A stretch of 64,000 nt of DNA from Bacteroidales bacterium (lineage in GTDB: Bacteria > Bacteroidota > Bacteroidia > Bacteroidales > VadinHA17), in assembly GCA_024762655.1 (NCBI GenBank), contig JANTHB010000002.1:8007-72006 (forward strand), written 5' to 3'. The position numbers and the translations under genes were made by a program. Numbering within the stretch: position 1 is the first letter of the stretch; the number at the start of each line of letters is the position of its first letter. The notes beneath the pieces were generated by a model, which saw nothing but the letters and a program-made list of their open reading frames with translations, ran no database searches and was not told the DNA's origin. Positions 1 to 9,918 of the stretch are shown one piece after another.

Positions 1-1068
1 CTGAACCTGGAAGGTGACAAGATCTCCACCTCTCGCAACTGGGCCGTATGGCTGCATGAGTATCTGGAAGATTTCCCGGGCAAGGAAGATGTGCTTCGCT
101 ATGTGTTGACGGCCAATATGCCGGAGACCAAAGACAATGACTTTACCTGGAAAGATTTCCAGGCCCGTAATAACAATGAGCTGGTGGCCATTCTCGGAAA
201 CTTCGTGAACAGAACCGTGGTCCTGACGAATAAATATTTTGAGGGCGCTGTGCCTCCGCTGGGGGATCTGTCGGAGGAAGACAGGCAGGTATTGGAGCAG
301 ATGCCGGTCATCCGGAAAAGAACCGAACACAGTCTGGATCATTTCCGGTTTCGCGAAGCCCTGAAGGAAGCAATGACGCTGGCTCGCATCGGAAACAAGT
401 ATCTGGCCGACACCGAACCGTGGAACCTTATCCGTACCGACAAGGAAAAGGTCGGAAGTATTCTCAATATCTGCCTTCAGATTACTGCTAACTTAAGCCT
501 GCTGATGGAGCCTTTTCTACCTTTTTCCATGGAAAAACTGAGGAAGTTTATTCGTTTTGAGAAAGCCGACTGGAACCTTATCGGCACCCCGGACCTGCTG
601 CCTGCCGGGCACAAAATCGATAAACCGACCCACCTGTTTGAAAAGATAACGGATGATGAAATAGAAAAGCAAATTAACAAGCTGAAATCCACCAAAACGG
701 AAAACGAAAAAAAGGAAGACAAAAACCTGGGTCCCCGGAAAAAGCAGATCGGCTATGACGATTTTTCCAAACTGGATATGCGGCTGGCGACCATTGTGGC
801 TGCCGAAAAAGTACCCAAAACCAAAAAGCTGCTGAAACTCACCCTCGATACCGGTCTGGACCGCAGGACCGTAGTCTCGGGGATTGCGGAGTTTTTTACT
901 CCGGAAGAGATTGTTGGCAAACAAATCGCGGTGCTGATCAATCTGGAACCCCGCAAGATCAAAGGCATAACATCGCAGGGGATGATCCTGATGGCAGAAG
1001 ATCCTTCCGGTAAACTGCACTTTATCATCCCGGAAGAAAAAGCCGACAACGGATCGGAAATCAGGTAA
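1..1068 (+). CDS. metG: Methionine--tRNA ligase, C-terminal part (5' end lies outside the window)
   Basis: Frame 1 is open from base 1 ([22 protein letters not shown]...), which is a class I MetRS KMSKS-type loop region. An anticodon-binding region follows, then a C-terminal EMAP/tRNA-binding domain ([28 protein letters not shown]...GMILMAED). Confidence 0.93.
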   Translation: MNLEGDKISTSRNWAVWLHEYLEDFPGKEDVLRYVLTANMPETKDNDFTWKDFQARNNNELVAILGNFVNRTVVLTNKYFEGAVPPLGDLSEEDRQVLEQMPVIRKRTEHSLDHFRFREALKEAMTLARIGNKYLADTEPWNLIRTDKEKVGSILNICLQITANLSLLMEPFLPFSMEKLRKFIRFEKADWNLIGTPDLLPAGHKIDKPTHLFEKITDDEIEKQINKLKSTKTENEKKEDKNLGPRKKQIGYDDFSKLDMRLATIVAAEKVPKTKKLLKLTLDTGLDRRTVVSGIAEFFTPEEIVGKQIAVLINLEPRKIKGITSQGMILMAEDPSGKLHFIIPEEKADNGSEIR

Positions 1069-1071
1069 AAT

Positions 1072-1098
1072 AAAAAACCCCGGATTCCGGGGTTTTTT
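1072..1098. terminator. Bidirectional rho-independent terminator between convergent metG and the SPOR gene
   Basis: AAAAAA-CCCCGG-att-CCGGGG-TTTTTT. The GC stem is flanked by an A-run and a T-run, 4 nt after the metG stop and 2 nt from the stop of the minus-strand gene. Confidence 0.7.
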
Positions 1099-1099
1099 A

Positions 1100-2233
1100 T
1101 TATTTTCTGAGTAGCCAGTAGCTATGGCCGTCAGGCTTTCTTTTTTGTTCCTTCAGAATACCCACCGCCGTTGATTTATCTGTAAAACCTCCGATGGCTA
1201 CACGATAAAATCCCTTGGGCCCGTTCAGAATCGTTACTCTGTAATCTTCTCCTTCAAGTTGTTTTTTCAAGACATTGGCATTGGCTCTTTTTCTAAAACT
1301 CCCGGCTACGATATAATACATTGAACTTTTGTCCACAGTACGATCCATGACAGCCGGTTTTTTGGCCGGTTCTGTGGTGGCTTTATCAGCGACGGCAGCA
1401 GTTTCGGCTACCGATGCTGCAGGATTGTTTTCCCCGGTCGTTTTCTCATCGGGGGTAGCAGAGGTTATGTTTTTCTTTTCTGTCTGCTTTTCAGACGGTT
1501 TTGATGTTGTTTCAGGCGTCTCTTTTGCTGTGGCGGGAGCAGTCGTTGCCGTATTCTCAGCAGCAGGCTGGAGGGTAGCGGACTTTTCCACCACTGGTTT
1601 GGTCTGATGAACGACTGCCTGTTTTGCCGTTTTGTATCCGAAAGGATTCAGGGAGGAAAAATCTACCGGAACAAGATTGGTGGTTAACGGGATCAGCACC
1701 AGGGCTGCAGCAAGAGGGACTGCGATCAGCACGCGGCGTAATGTTTTCCGGTTGCGTATAGCTTCCGGTTTTTTTATGGTAAGCTTGCCTGTGCCGGCTT
1801 TTGCTTTTCGAAGCTCTTCCAGCGGAGCCATCTGAAAATCAGGAAGACCGTAAGAGTCTGCCAGAAAATTAACGGTGTTCATCGGTTCAAAAAGAAGATT
1901 CTTGTCTTTCCCAAGCTGAAAAACGCCGATGTCTTTTACCTCGATCTTTTTGCCTTTTTCCAGTTTTCTCTTCCACTCTTTGACCCGGGTGCTTACCCAG
2001 TTACGGGCATCCACATAAGACATCTCCGTCTTTTCGGAAATATGTCCGATCAGCAAACCGTCGTTATTGGTCAGGCTCCGGTTAAAAGAAATATCTTTTC
2101 CGGGAGGCGAAAATGTATTAAGATCGTAATTGATGTATGCCGGCCTGTAATTGGCCACAAAACCGCCAAAATCAGGGACGATCACACAATCATGCAGAAA
2201 TAAGAGATCTTTGATAAAAATATCCAGTTCCAT
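1100..2233 (-). CDS. HU-like N-terminal domain / SPOR domain-containing protein
   Basis: N-terminal motif DCVIVPDFGGFVANY, one hydrophobic TM segment, and a Thr/Ala/Pro/Lys-rich low-complexity linker. The C-terminal SPOR-like domain reads YYIVAGSFRKRANANVLKKQL...FYRVAIGGF. The ATG at 2233 is preferred over the upstream TTG at 2251. Confidence 0.8.
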   Translation of the reverse strand: MELDIFIKDLLFLHDCVIVPDFGGFVANYRPAYINYDLNTFSPPGKDISFNRSLTNNDGLLIGHISEKTEMSYVDARNWVSTRVKEWKRKLEKGKKIEVKDIGVFQLGKDKNLLFEPMNTVNFLADSYGLPDFQMAPLEELRKAKAGTGKLTIKKPEAIRNRKTLRRVLIAVPLAAALVLIPLTTNLVPVDFSSLNPFGYKTAKQAVVHQTKPVVEKSATLQPAAENTATTAPATAKETPETTSKPSEKQTEKKNITSATPDEKTTGENNPAASVAETAAVADKATTEPAKKPAVMDRTVDKSSMYYIVAGSFRKRANANVLKKQLEGEDYRVTILNGPKGFYRVAIGGFTDKSTAVGILKEQKRKPDGHSYWLLRK

Positions 2234-2416
2234 TATCACTATTTTGAACAAAATTAATGAAAAAAACCGGAAAACGAAATTCTCATCCGGGAGGATTTTA
2301 TCAACTTTTTTTTCACGACGCCCACTCCGGAAAAATTTGATAAATTTAACCCCTTAAAATCAGGCAAAGATATTTCAGCACCTGTTGATAACTTTTGCCG
2401 GAAAGAGCATGTATAA

Positions 2417-3547
2417 ATGAAAGATCTAAAAATGGTTGATCTGTACGGGCAATATGTCCGTCTGAAAGATGAAATAGACCGTGCCATGATGGAAGTCATT
2501 GCGTCGAGTGCGTTCATTAACGGTCCGGCGGTCAGGACCTTTGCCGGTCACCTGTCCGAATATACGGGGGCAGAGTACGTTATTCCTTGCGGCAATGGAA
2601 CCGACGCCCTGCAGGCGGCACTGGCATCCTTGCATTTGCTCCCGGGCGATGAAGTGCTGGTCCCTGATTTCACGTTTATCGCGACCGTGGAAACGGTGGC
2701 TTTGCTGGGTCTTACCCCTGTGATCATGGATGTGGATCCTGACACTTTTCTGATCGATCCTGCGTCTATCGGGAAATATATCACCCCGAAAACCAAAGCC
2801 ATCATCCCGGTGCATTTGTTCGGGCAATGTGTGGATATGGCTCCCCTGCTGGAAGAGGCGGAAAAATACGAACTGAAAGTGATTGAAGATGCGGCACAGG
2901 CTTTGGGGGCCTGGTATACCTTTCCCGACGGCACCCGGAAGATGGCGGGGACCATGGGTGATATCGGGTGTACCTCTTTTTTCCCCTCCAAAAACCTCGG
3001 GGCCTTTGGCGACGGCGGCGCGGTGTTTACGGATGATGAAGGGCTTGCCGCGACCATTCGTTCCTATGTGAATCACGGTACACAAAAAAAATACTACCAC
3101 GAACGAATAGGCATAAACTCAAGGCTGGATACCCTGCAGGCCGCTATCCTGGATGTGAAACTGACCCATCTCGACGAATTTATTGAAGCCCGGCAACGGG
3201 TTGCCGACTGGTATGACGAGCATCTGGGGCCCTTGTCTTTTCTCAGGATACCGGCCCGTGCCGCCAATACCACACACAGCTTTCATCAATATACGCTGGT
3301 CACCCGGGGTATAGACCGCCGGCATCTGATGAATTATCTCAAAGAAGCCGGCATCCCTTCCATGATCTATTACCCCCTGCCCATGCACCGCCAGGAAGCT
3401 TTTTCCGGGTTTCCGTTTTATCACAAGGAATTTCCGGTGGCTGATCAACTGTGCAACACCGTGATGTCCCTGCCGGTGCATACGGAAATGAATGAAGAAC
3501 AACTGGACTATATCACCACTTACATAAAAAACTATCAACATGGCTGA
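2417..3547 (+). CDS. DegT/DnrJ/EryC1/StrS-family PLP aminotransferase (WbpE-like, nucleotide-sugar 3-aminotransferase)
   Basis: Family-typical N-terminus ([15 protein letters not shown]) and PLP-lysine region ([14 protein letters not shown]). It overlaps the next gene by 8 nt (ATGGCTGA). Confidence 0.9.
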   Translation: MKDLKMVDLYGQYVRLKDEIDRAMMEVIASSAFINGPAVRTFAGHLSEYTGAEYVIPCGNGTDALQAALASLHLLPGDEVLVPDFTFIATVETVALLGLTPVIMDVDPDTFLIDPASIGKYITPKTKAIIPVHLFGQCVDMAPLLEEAEKYELKVIEDAAQALGAWYTFPDGTRKMAGTMGDIGCTSFFPSKNLGAFGDGGAVFTDDEGLAATIRSYVNHGTQKKYYHERIGINSRLDTLQAAILDVKLTHLDEFIEARQRVADWYDEHLGPLSFLRIPARAANTTHSFHQYTLVTRGIDRRHLMNYLKEAGIPSMIYYPLPMHRQEAFSGFPFYHKEFPVADQLCNTVMSLPVHTEMNEEQLDYITTYIKNYQHG

Positions 3548-4124
3548 ACGAAACTATTTTGCTCATGAAACAGCGGTCCTTGACGAGGGATGTCAGATCG
3601 GTGAAGGAACGAAGATCTGGCATTTTTCTCACGTGATGACCGGTGCGGTAATCGGGAAAAAATGTAATCTGGGGCAGAATGTAGTGGTCTCTCCCGGCGT
3701 GGTGCTGGGCGACAACGTAAAGGTGCAGAACAATGTCTCGATCTATACCGGTGTGATCTGTGAAGATGATGTCTTCCTTGGGCCTTCTATGGTCTTTACC
3801 AACGTTGTCAATCCGAGAAGCGCCGTAGTGCGCCGTGATCAATATCAAAAAACCATAGTAAAAAAAGGTGCTTCCATAGGAGCCAATGCCACCATCATCT
3901 GCGGTGTTACCCTGGGGGAGTATTCTTTTGTGGGAGCCGGCGCTGTAGTGAATAAAGATGTTCAACCCTATGCCCTGGTGGTGGGGAATCCGGCACGTCC
4001 TATCGGATGGATGAGCGAATACGGTCACCGTCTGCATTTTGACAAGGAAGGCTTCGCTGTATGCCCTGAAAGTGGTGAACGGTATCAATTGCGTGACAAA
4101 AATGTTGTTAAAATCACCGATTGA
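3540..4124 (+). CDS. Hexapeptide-repeat N-acetyltransferase (WbpD/WlbB-like)
   Basis: Left-handed beta-helix hexapeptide repeats ([39 protein letters not shown]...). It sits between the aminotransferase and the Gfo/Idh/MocA oxidoreductase. Confidence 0.85.
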   Translation: MAERNYFAHETAVLDEGCQIGEGTKIWHFSHVMTGAVIGKKCNLGQNVVVSPGVVLGDNVKVQNNVSIYTGVICEDDVFLGPSMVFTNVVNPRSAVVRRDQYQKTIVKKGASIGANATIICGVTLGEYSFVGAGAVVNKDVQPYALVVGNPARPIGWMSEYGHRLHFDKEGFAVCPESGERYQLRDKNVVKITD

Positions 4125-4156
4125 CCTTACATTTGCTCAGGGAAATAATTAACCGT

Positions 4157-5113
4157 ATGACTGAAAAACCGGAATCTAAAAACTTTGCTATTATCGGGGT
4201 GGCGGGATATATCGCCGAGCGTCATCTTAGAGCCATCCGCGATACGGGAAATAATCTGGTAGCCGCCCTCGATCCACACGATAGTGTGGGAATTCTGGAC
4301 AGTTACTTTCCGAAATCCGATTTCTTCGTGGAATTCGAGCGCTTCGATCGTCATATAGACAAACTGCACCGGCAGGGTACCAGAGTGGATTATGTTTCTA
4401 TTTGCTCACCCAACTACCTGCATGATTCCCATATCCGTTTTGCCCTCCGGCAAGGGGCCGATGCCATCTGCGAAAAGCCCATGGTGCTGAACCCCTGGAA
4501 CGTCGATGCCCTGCAACTTTTCGAAGAAGAAACGGGGCGGCGCATAAATAATATTCTGCAATTGCGATTGCATCCTTCGATAATAAAACTTAAACAGGAA
4601 GTGGATACGGCTCCGGAAGATAAAAAATTTGATATCGACCTTACTTATATTACCAGCCGTGGAAATTGGTATTATATATCATGGAAAGGGGATGTTCAGA
4701 AATCAGGGGGTATCGTCACCAATATCGGGATTCACTTTTTTGATATGCTGGGGTGGATTTTCGGAAAGGTTGTGGAAAACAAGGTGCATCTGCTGGATGA
4801 GAACAAAGCGGCCGGATACCTTGAATTGGAACGGGCCCGCATACGCTGGCTTCTCAGCATCGATTACCGGGATATCCCCGAAAAGATCAGGGAATCCGGT
4901 CAGAGAACCTACCGGTCTGTCCTGATCAATAATAAAGAAGTGGAATTCAGCTCGGGCTTTACGGACCTGCACACGCAAAGCTATCGGAAAATCCTGGAAG
5001 GCAAAGGCTTCGGTATAGACGAAGTACGAAAAGCTATTGAAATTGTCTACCAGATCAGAAACAGCGCTCCCGCAGGCCTGAAAGGGGAGTACCATCCTTT
5101 ACTGAAAAAGTGA
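4157..5113 (+). CDS. Gfo/Idh/MocA-family oxidoreductase (WbpB-like)
   Basis: N-terminal Rossmann motif FAIIGVAGYIAERH. The ATG at 4157 is preferred to the TTG at 4121 given in the ORF track. Confidence 0.85.
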   Translation: MTEKPESKNFAIIGVAGYIAERHLRAIRDTGNNLVAALDPHDSVGILDSYFPKSDFFVEFERFDRHIDKLHRQGTRVDYVSICSPNYLHDSHIRFALRQGADAICEKPMVLNPWNVDALQLFEEETGRRINNILQLRLHPSIIKLKQEVDTAPEDKKFDIDLTYITSRGNWYYISWKGDVQKSGGIVTNIGIHFFDMLGWIFGKVVENKVHLLDENKAAGYLELERARIRWLLSIDYRDIPEKIRESGQRTYRSVLINNKEVEFSSGFTDLHTQSYRKILEGKGFGIDEVRKAIEIVYQIRNSAPAGLKGEYHPLLKK

Positions 5114-5198
5114 TTCTTTGAAACATTCTCCCATACATTGCCGTAGTATCATGATATTAAAAAACACAGTTAAAATTAATTAAATACAGTTAAACTTC

Positions 5199-6485
5199 AT
5201 GGTAGAAAAACTGAAAAACAGAGAAGCAAAAATATCCGTATTGGGATTAGGGTATGTGGGATTGCCTATTGCCCTCGAACTGGCAAAGCATTTTTCTGTG
5301 ATCGGCTTCGATATACGGGAAGACCGCATCGAAATGATGAAGGAAGGGATAGATCCCAGCAAGGAACTGTCGGAAGAGAACTTTAAAAACAGAGACATTA
5401 CTTTTACCACCGACGCACGGAAACTGCAGGAAGCCCATTTTCATATTATCGCGGTCCCCACACCGATTGATGATCACAATCTTCCGGACCTGGAACCTCT
5501 TCTGTCAGCCACAGCAACCCTCTCAAAATATCTGAAAAAAGGGGATTATGTGGTATATGAATCCACGGTTTATCCGGGATGTACCGAAGAAGAATGCATC
5601 CCGGTGCTGGAAAAGGAATCGGGACTCAAACTCAACGAGGATTTCAAGGTGGGATATTCTCCCGAAAGGATAAATCCCGGCGATACACTGCACACCCTGA
5701 CCAAAGTCATCAAAGTGGTATCCGGGTCTGATGAAGAAGCTCTTCACCATATTTCGGAAGTCTATAAAACCATCATTGAAGCAGGTGTTCATCCTGTCAG
5801 CGCTATCAAAGTAGCCGAAGCTGCCAAGATTATAGAGAATACGCAGCGTGATATAAATATCGCCTTTATGAACGAGCTCTCTATTATTTTCAGCAGGATG
5901 AATATCAATACTTTTGAGGTGCTTGAAGCTGCCGGGACCAAATGGAATTTTCTCAAGTTTTCCCCCGGTCTGGTAGGAGGTCATTGTATCGGCGTCGATC
6001 CCTATTACCTTACCTACAAATCAGGGGAGCTGGGCTACCATGCACAGATCATTACCTCGGGACGTTTTATCAATGATTCCATGGGGGGGTATATTGCCAA
6101 ACAGGTGGTGAAAAAACTTATAGCCACCGGAAAGGTCTTGCAGGATGCCCGGATTCTGGTAATGGGCGTTACCTTTAAAGAAAATGTCAGCGATATCAGA
6201 AATTCCAAAGTGGCCGATATCATCCGGGAACTTAATTCCTTCGGTCTTCAGACGGATGTTACTGATCCGTATGCCGAACCGGAACAGGTGCTGGAAGAAT
6301 ATGGCATTGAATTAACGGAACCGGAGGGCACCTATGATGCGGTGGTTGTGGCTGTCAGTCATGATCCCTATGTCGCCATGGAAGAAAAGGATTTCGCCGG
6401 TTTGCTGGATAAAAACGGAGTTTTTGTGGACGTAAAAGGCGCTTTCCGGAAAAAGATCAGAGACTTTGAATACTGGAGCTTGTAA
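5199..6485 (+). CDS. Nucleotide-sugar 6-dehydrogenase (UDP-GlcNAc/UDP-ManNAc dehydrogenase, WbpA/TviB-like)
   Basis: N-terminal GLGYVGLP NAD-binding motif and the catalytic Cys motif GLVGGHCIGVDPYYL. Its 428 aa is typical of the family. Confidence 0.9.
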   Translation: MVEKLKNREAKISVLGLGYVGLPIALELAKHFSVIGFDIREDRIEMMKEGIDPSKELSEENFKNRDITFTTDARKLQEAHFHIIAVPTPIDDHNLPDLEPLLSATATLSKYLKKGDYVVYESTVYPGCTEEECIPVLEKESGLKLNEDFKVGYSPERINPGDTLHTLTKVIKVVSGSDEEALHHISEVYKTIIEAGVHPVSAIKVAEAAKIIENTQRDINIAFMNELSIIFSRMNINTFEVLEAAGTKWNFLKFSPGLVGGHCIGVDPYYLTYKSGELGYHAQIITSGRFINDSMGGYIAKQVVKKLIATGKVLQDARILVMGVTFKENVSDIRNSKVADIIRELNSFGLQTDVTDPYAEPEQVLEEYGIELTEPEGTYDAVVVAVSHDPYVAMEEKDFAGLLDKNGVFVDVKGAFRKKIRDFEYWSL

Positions 6486-6487
6486 TC

Positions 6488-7522
6488 ATGGGAAAAATTC
6501 TTGTTACCGGCGGAACCGGATATATCGGATCACATACCGTAGTTGAGCTTCTGGATCAGGGTTACGAGGTTGTTATTGTGGATAATCTTTCCAATTCGGA
6601 AAAACGGGTTCTGGACGGCATAGAAAAAATTACGGGTGTACGGCCGGCGTTTGAATGTTTTGATCTCTGCAATGAGGAAGCACTGGAAACGTTCTTTAAG
6701 AAATATACCGACATAAGCGCGATCATCCATTTTGCAGCGTATAAGTCGGTGGGTGAATCGGTGCGGGTACCCCTGAAATATTACCGGAATAATTTGGTCT
6801 CCCTGATGAACCTGCTGAAAGCCATGGAAAAGCATAACATCAGGAATATGGTGTTTTCTTCTTCCTGTACGGTATATGGCGAGCCGGATGAACTACCCGT
6901 TACCGAATCGGCCCCGGTAAAAAAACCGGAATCTCCTTACGGGAATACCAAGCGTATCTCGGAAGAGATCATTGAAGACTTTATCAAAGCCGTACCTGAA
7001 TTTCACAGTATTGCTCTCCGTTATTTTAATCCTATAGGGGCCCATCCTTCCGGATTGATCGGGGAACATCCCATTGGCGAACCGGAGAATCTGGTGCCTT
7101 ATGTGACCCAGACAGCTATTGGCGTAAGGAAACAACTCAGGGTATTCGGCAGTGATTATAATACACCGGACGGATCAGCCATACGCGATTACCTGCATGT
7201 GGTCGATCTGGCCAAAGCCCACATCGTATCCATAGAACGAATGATAAACGACAAACAGAAAACGTCGTATGAGGTCTTTAACCTGGGTACAGGCAAGGGC
7301 GTTTCCGTTTTTGAGATCATCAATACCTTTGAAAAGGTTACCGGCGTCAAAGTAAATTATGTGATTACGGACCGTCGTCCGGGCGATATCGAAAAAATAT
7401 GGGCAGATCCCTCCTATGCCAACCGGGAACTGGGATGGAAAGCACAAAGTACACTGGGAGAAGCCCTGCTTTCTGCCTGGAAATGGGAGCAGTATTACCG
7501 TACCCACCTGGAGAAAGATTAA
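6488..7522 (+). CDS. galE: UDP-glucose 4-epimerase
   Basis: ILVTGGTGYIGSHTVVELL and a short-chain dehydrogenase YxxxK region (SPYGNTKRISEEI). Length 344 aa. Confidence 0.9.
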   Translation: MGKILVTGGTGYIGSHTVVELLDQGYEVVIVDNLSNSEKRVLDGIEKITGVRPAFECFDLCNEEALETFFKKYTDISAIIHFAAYKSVGESVRVPLKYYRNNLVSLMNLLKAMEKHNIRNMVFSSSCTVYGEPDELPVTESAPVKKPESPYGNTKRISEEIIEDFIKAVPEFHSIALRYFNPIGAHPSGLIGEHPIGEPENLVPYVTQTAIGVRKQLRVFGSDYNTPDGSAIRDYLHVVDLAKAHIVSIERMINDKQKTSYEVFNLGTGKGVSVFEIINTFEKVTGVKVNYVITDRRPGDIEKIWADPSYANRELGWKAQSTLGEALLSAWKWEQYYRTHLEKD

Positions 7523-7531
7523 ATTACCGGC

Positions 7532-8596
7532 ATGAAAACATTCGACAAGGCCATACTGATCACGGGAGGTGCCGGTTTCATCGGATCCCATGTGGTCCGT
7601 TTGTTTGTGAATAAATATCCGGATACCCTGATGATCAATCTTGATAAGTTGACCTATGCGGGCAATCTGGAAAATCTCACTGATATAGAAGACAGAGAAA
7701 ACTATTTGTTTGTCAAGGGGGATATCACGGATGAAAAGCTGGTTGTCAGTTTATTTGAGCAACATCCTGTCACGGGGGTGATCCACTTGGCTGCCGAATC
7801 GCATGTCGACCGTTCCATTACAAACCCCCTGGAATTCATCCGGACCAATGTTGTCGGAACCGTTACCCTGTTGAATGCATGCCGCGATCATTGGAAAAAC
7901 AATTATAAAGAAAAATGTTTTTACCAGATTTCTACGGATGAGGTTTACGGCAGTCTTGGCCCAGAAGGTTATTTTACGGAAGACACTCCTTACGACCCGC
8001 AAAGCCCTTATTCCGCTTCCAAGGCCAGTGCCGACCATTTTGTCCGGGCTTATGGAAACACATATAAACTGCCCTTTCTGATTACCAACTGCTCCAATAA
8101 TTACGGACCAAACCAGTTCCCTGAAAAACTGATTCCGTTAACCATAAACAATATCCTGCACAACCGGCCGATCCCCGTTTACGGGAAGGGGGAAAATATT
8201 CGTGACTGGCTCTATGTTGTTGATCATTCCCGTGCCATTGACCTGGTGTACCACAAAGGAGACAAAGGAGAAACGTACAACATCGGAGGCAACAACGAAT
8301 GGAAAAACATTGATCTTATTTATCAATTGTGCGATATAACGGACAAAATACTTGGCAGAGCCGTCGGTACTTCGCATAAGCTGATCACGTTCGTCAAAGA
8401 CCGGGCCGGGCATGACTTGCGTTATGCCATTGATTCCTCAAAGATCAGGGATACCCTCGGTTGGATACCGGAAACTTCGTTTGAAGAAGGCCTGACAACA
8501 ACCATCCAATGGTATCTTGATCATCAGGAATGGCTTAATCACGTGTTGACAGGGGAGTATGAGAAATATTACGAGCAGCAATATCTGAAAAGATAG
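7532..8596 (+). CDS. rfbB: dTDP-glucose 4,6-dehydratase
   Basis: ILITGGAGFIGSHVV, LDKLTYAGNLENL, HLAAESHVDRS and SPYSASKASADHFV. These are characteristic RfbB motifs. Confidence 0.92.
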   Translation: MKTFDKAILITGGAGFIGSHVVRLFVNKYPDTLMINLDKLTYAGNLENLTDIEDRENYLFVKGDITDEKLVVSLFEQHPVTGVIHLAAESHVDRSITNPLEFIRTNVVGTVTLLNACRDHWKNNYKEKCFYQISTDEVYGSLGPEGYFTEDTPYDPQSPYSASKASADHFVRAYGNTYKLPFLITNCSNNYGPNQFPEKLIPLTINNILHNRPIPVYGKGENIRDWLYVVDHSRAIDLVYHKGDKGETYNIGGNNEWKNIDLIYQLCDITDKILGRAVGTSHKLITFVKDRAGHDLRYAIDSSKIRDTLGWIPETSFEEGLTTTIQWYLDHQEWLNHVLTGEYEKYYEQQYLKR

Positions 8597-8613
8597 CTTT
8601 CTTCCTGTTCCCG

Positions 8614-9918
8614 CTATTCTCTGGTATAAACAATCTCCAGTTTCAGGGGGTCGGTGTTGAGCCGTGACTTCAGGACGACTCTTTCGGTATTGACTCCCGG
8701 GTTGTTAACCATGAGATAAAGAGTGGTATAGTCATTTTTCCCCAACAGATAATCCTGAAAATGTTTTGTCATTCCGATCTTATAGATCCCGTTTTCTTTA
8801 TCCAGGTATCCATTATAAAATTCGGGAAGCCCGACATCAATAATCTGATAAAAAACACCATCTTCTTGGACCATAACGGATAGATTCGACGGCATTTGTA
8901 TGGGTGTGGAAACGGTAGTATCTATGGGAATAATCAGATTCACTCCGTTAAGAATGATAGAAGAGTCCCTGAACTGTTTTATTGCCGGTATGTCCATGCG
9001 GGTATAGACCCCGCTCATGCCCTGAACATACGTTACGGAATCTTCTTTTCCCTGATTCAGGTATTTTATCCCGGTTTCCGCAGGCGCTTCATCATAATTA
9101 TGCCTGAAAATATTAACCCTGGAAGAGTAACTGTTTATATAAAAAGGAAACATCGCTTCCGTTGTGAGATCATTATGATAGTAGATTGCCATGTAAGACT
9201 CTGCAGCCAGCAGGTGAATTCTGATAAAACCGCCCTCATTGTTTCCGGAGGTTTTATCCGTGTTAATATAAAAACCCTTAAAATGATTAAGAAAGAGATC
9301 CTGGTTTTCGAGTACGGCCGTATCTCCGATAATCTTTCTCCCGAAGGTCCTGGACAGATAAACCACGATCATTGAGTCTTGCGGATGAAAGGTGGTAGAT
9401 CCTACAGGCCATTCGCTGATAGAGTCCGTAACATGAAGATTGGAATAATAAAGTGAATCAAAGAAGAGGGTTTTATAAAGTTCATACACATTCACGGTGA
9501 GGGGGGTGGTTTCATTCCCGTTGTACCTATCCACCACCAGGAAGAGTTTTACTGAATCCACGTCCGCGTTATGCCCCGGGTTCCAGGGTTGCGATAACCG
9601 GTACTGGGTAACAAAAGAGGCGTCAGACCAGCCAAAGACCGGATCCCGGAAGTTTCCCAGAAGGGCATAGTCAAAATGATCCGTACGCACAGAATCCATG
9701 GATTCTACAGATGTAAAAACGCTCATGGTATCAACGGTAACAGGCTGTATCTGCCCCAACACACTTTTCAGCTCCAGACCCACCTGTGAGGGGTCGTCTT
9801 CACAAGAACCCATCAATAACCCCACGAAGAGGACGGGTAAAAGCAAAAACCATGATGCTTTTCTCCGGGAAAGCCGGAGAAGATCTTTTTTCTCAGATAG
9901 ACGCATGAATCTTCCCAT
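8614..9918 (-). CDS. Lipoprotein, probably DUF4270 family
   Basis: Lipoprotein signal (LLLPVLFVGLLMGSCEDD). It lies directly after, and overlaps, a short glycogen-synthase-like gene, an arrangement I recall for DUF4270. The family name is from memory only. Confidence 0.65.
   Translation of the reverse strand: MGRFMRLSEKKDLLRLSRRKASWFLLLPVLFVGLLMGSCEDDPSQVGLELKSVLGQIQPVTVDTMSVFTSVESMDSVRTDHFDYALLGNFRDPVFGWSDASFVTQYRLSQPWNPGHNADVDSVKLFLVVDRYNGNETTPLTVNVYELYKTLFFDSLYYSNLHVTDSISEWPVGSTTFHPQDSMIVVYLSRTFGRKIIGDTAVLENQDLFLNHFKGFYINTDKTSGNNEGGFIRIHLLAAESYMAIYYHNDLTTEAMFPFYINSYSSRVNIFRHNYDEAPAETGIKYLNQGKEDSVTYVQGMSGVYTRMDIPAIKQFRDSSIILNGVNLIIPIDTTVSTPIQMPSNLSVMVQEDGVFYQIIDVGLPEFYNGYLDKENGIYKIGMTKHFQDYLLGKNDYTTLYLMVNNPGVNTERVVLKSRLNTDPLKLEIVYTRE

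Noticed and set aside
1329-1607. A 92-aa plus-strand ORF rich in Ala/Val/Ser/Gly.
   Set aside because: It is the antisense reading of the Thr/Ala/Pro/Lys low-complexity linker of the SPOR-domain gene, so it is a compositional artefact.
2426-3100. Long antisense ORFs opposite well-supported genes. Examples are 2426-3100(-), 20204-20908(-), 22604-23344(-), 24991-25806(-), 35145-35684(+), 40097-40660(-) and 62279-63115(+).
   Set aside because: Each lies entirely inside a gene with clear family motifs on the other strand. Their translations are low-complexity or Arg/Gly/His-rich with no recognisable motifs. They are typical shadow ORFs.
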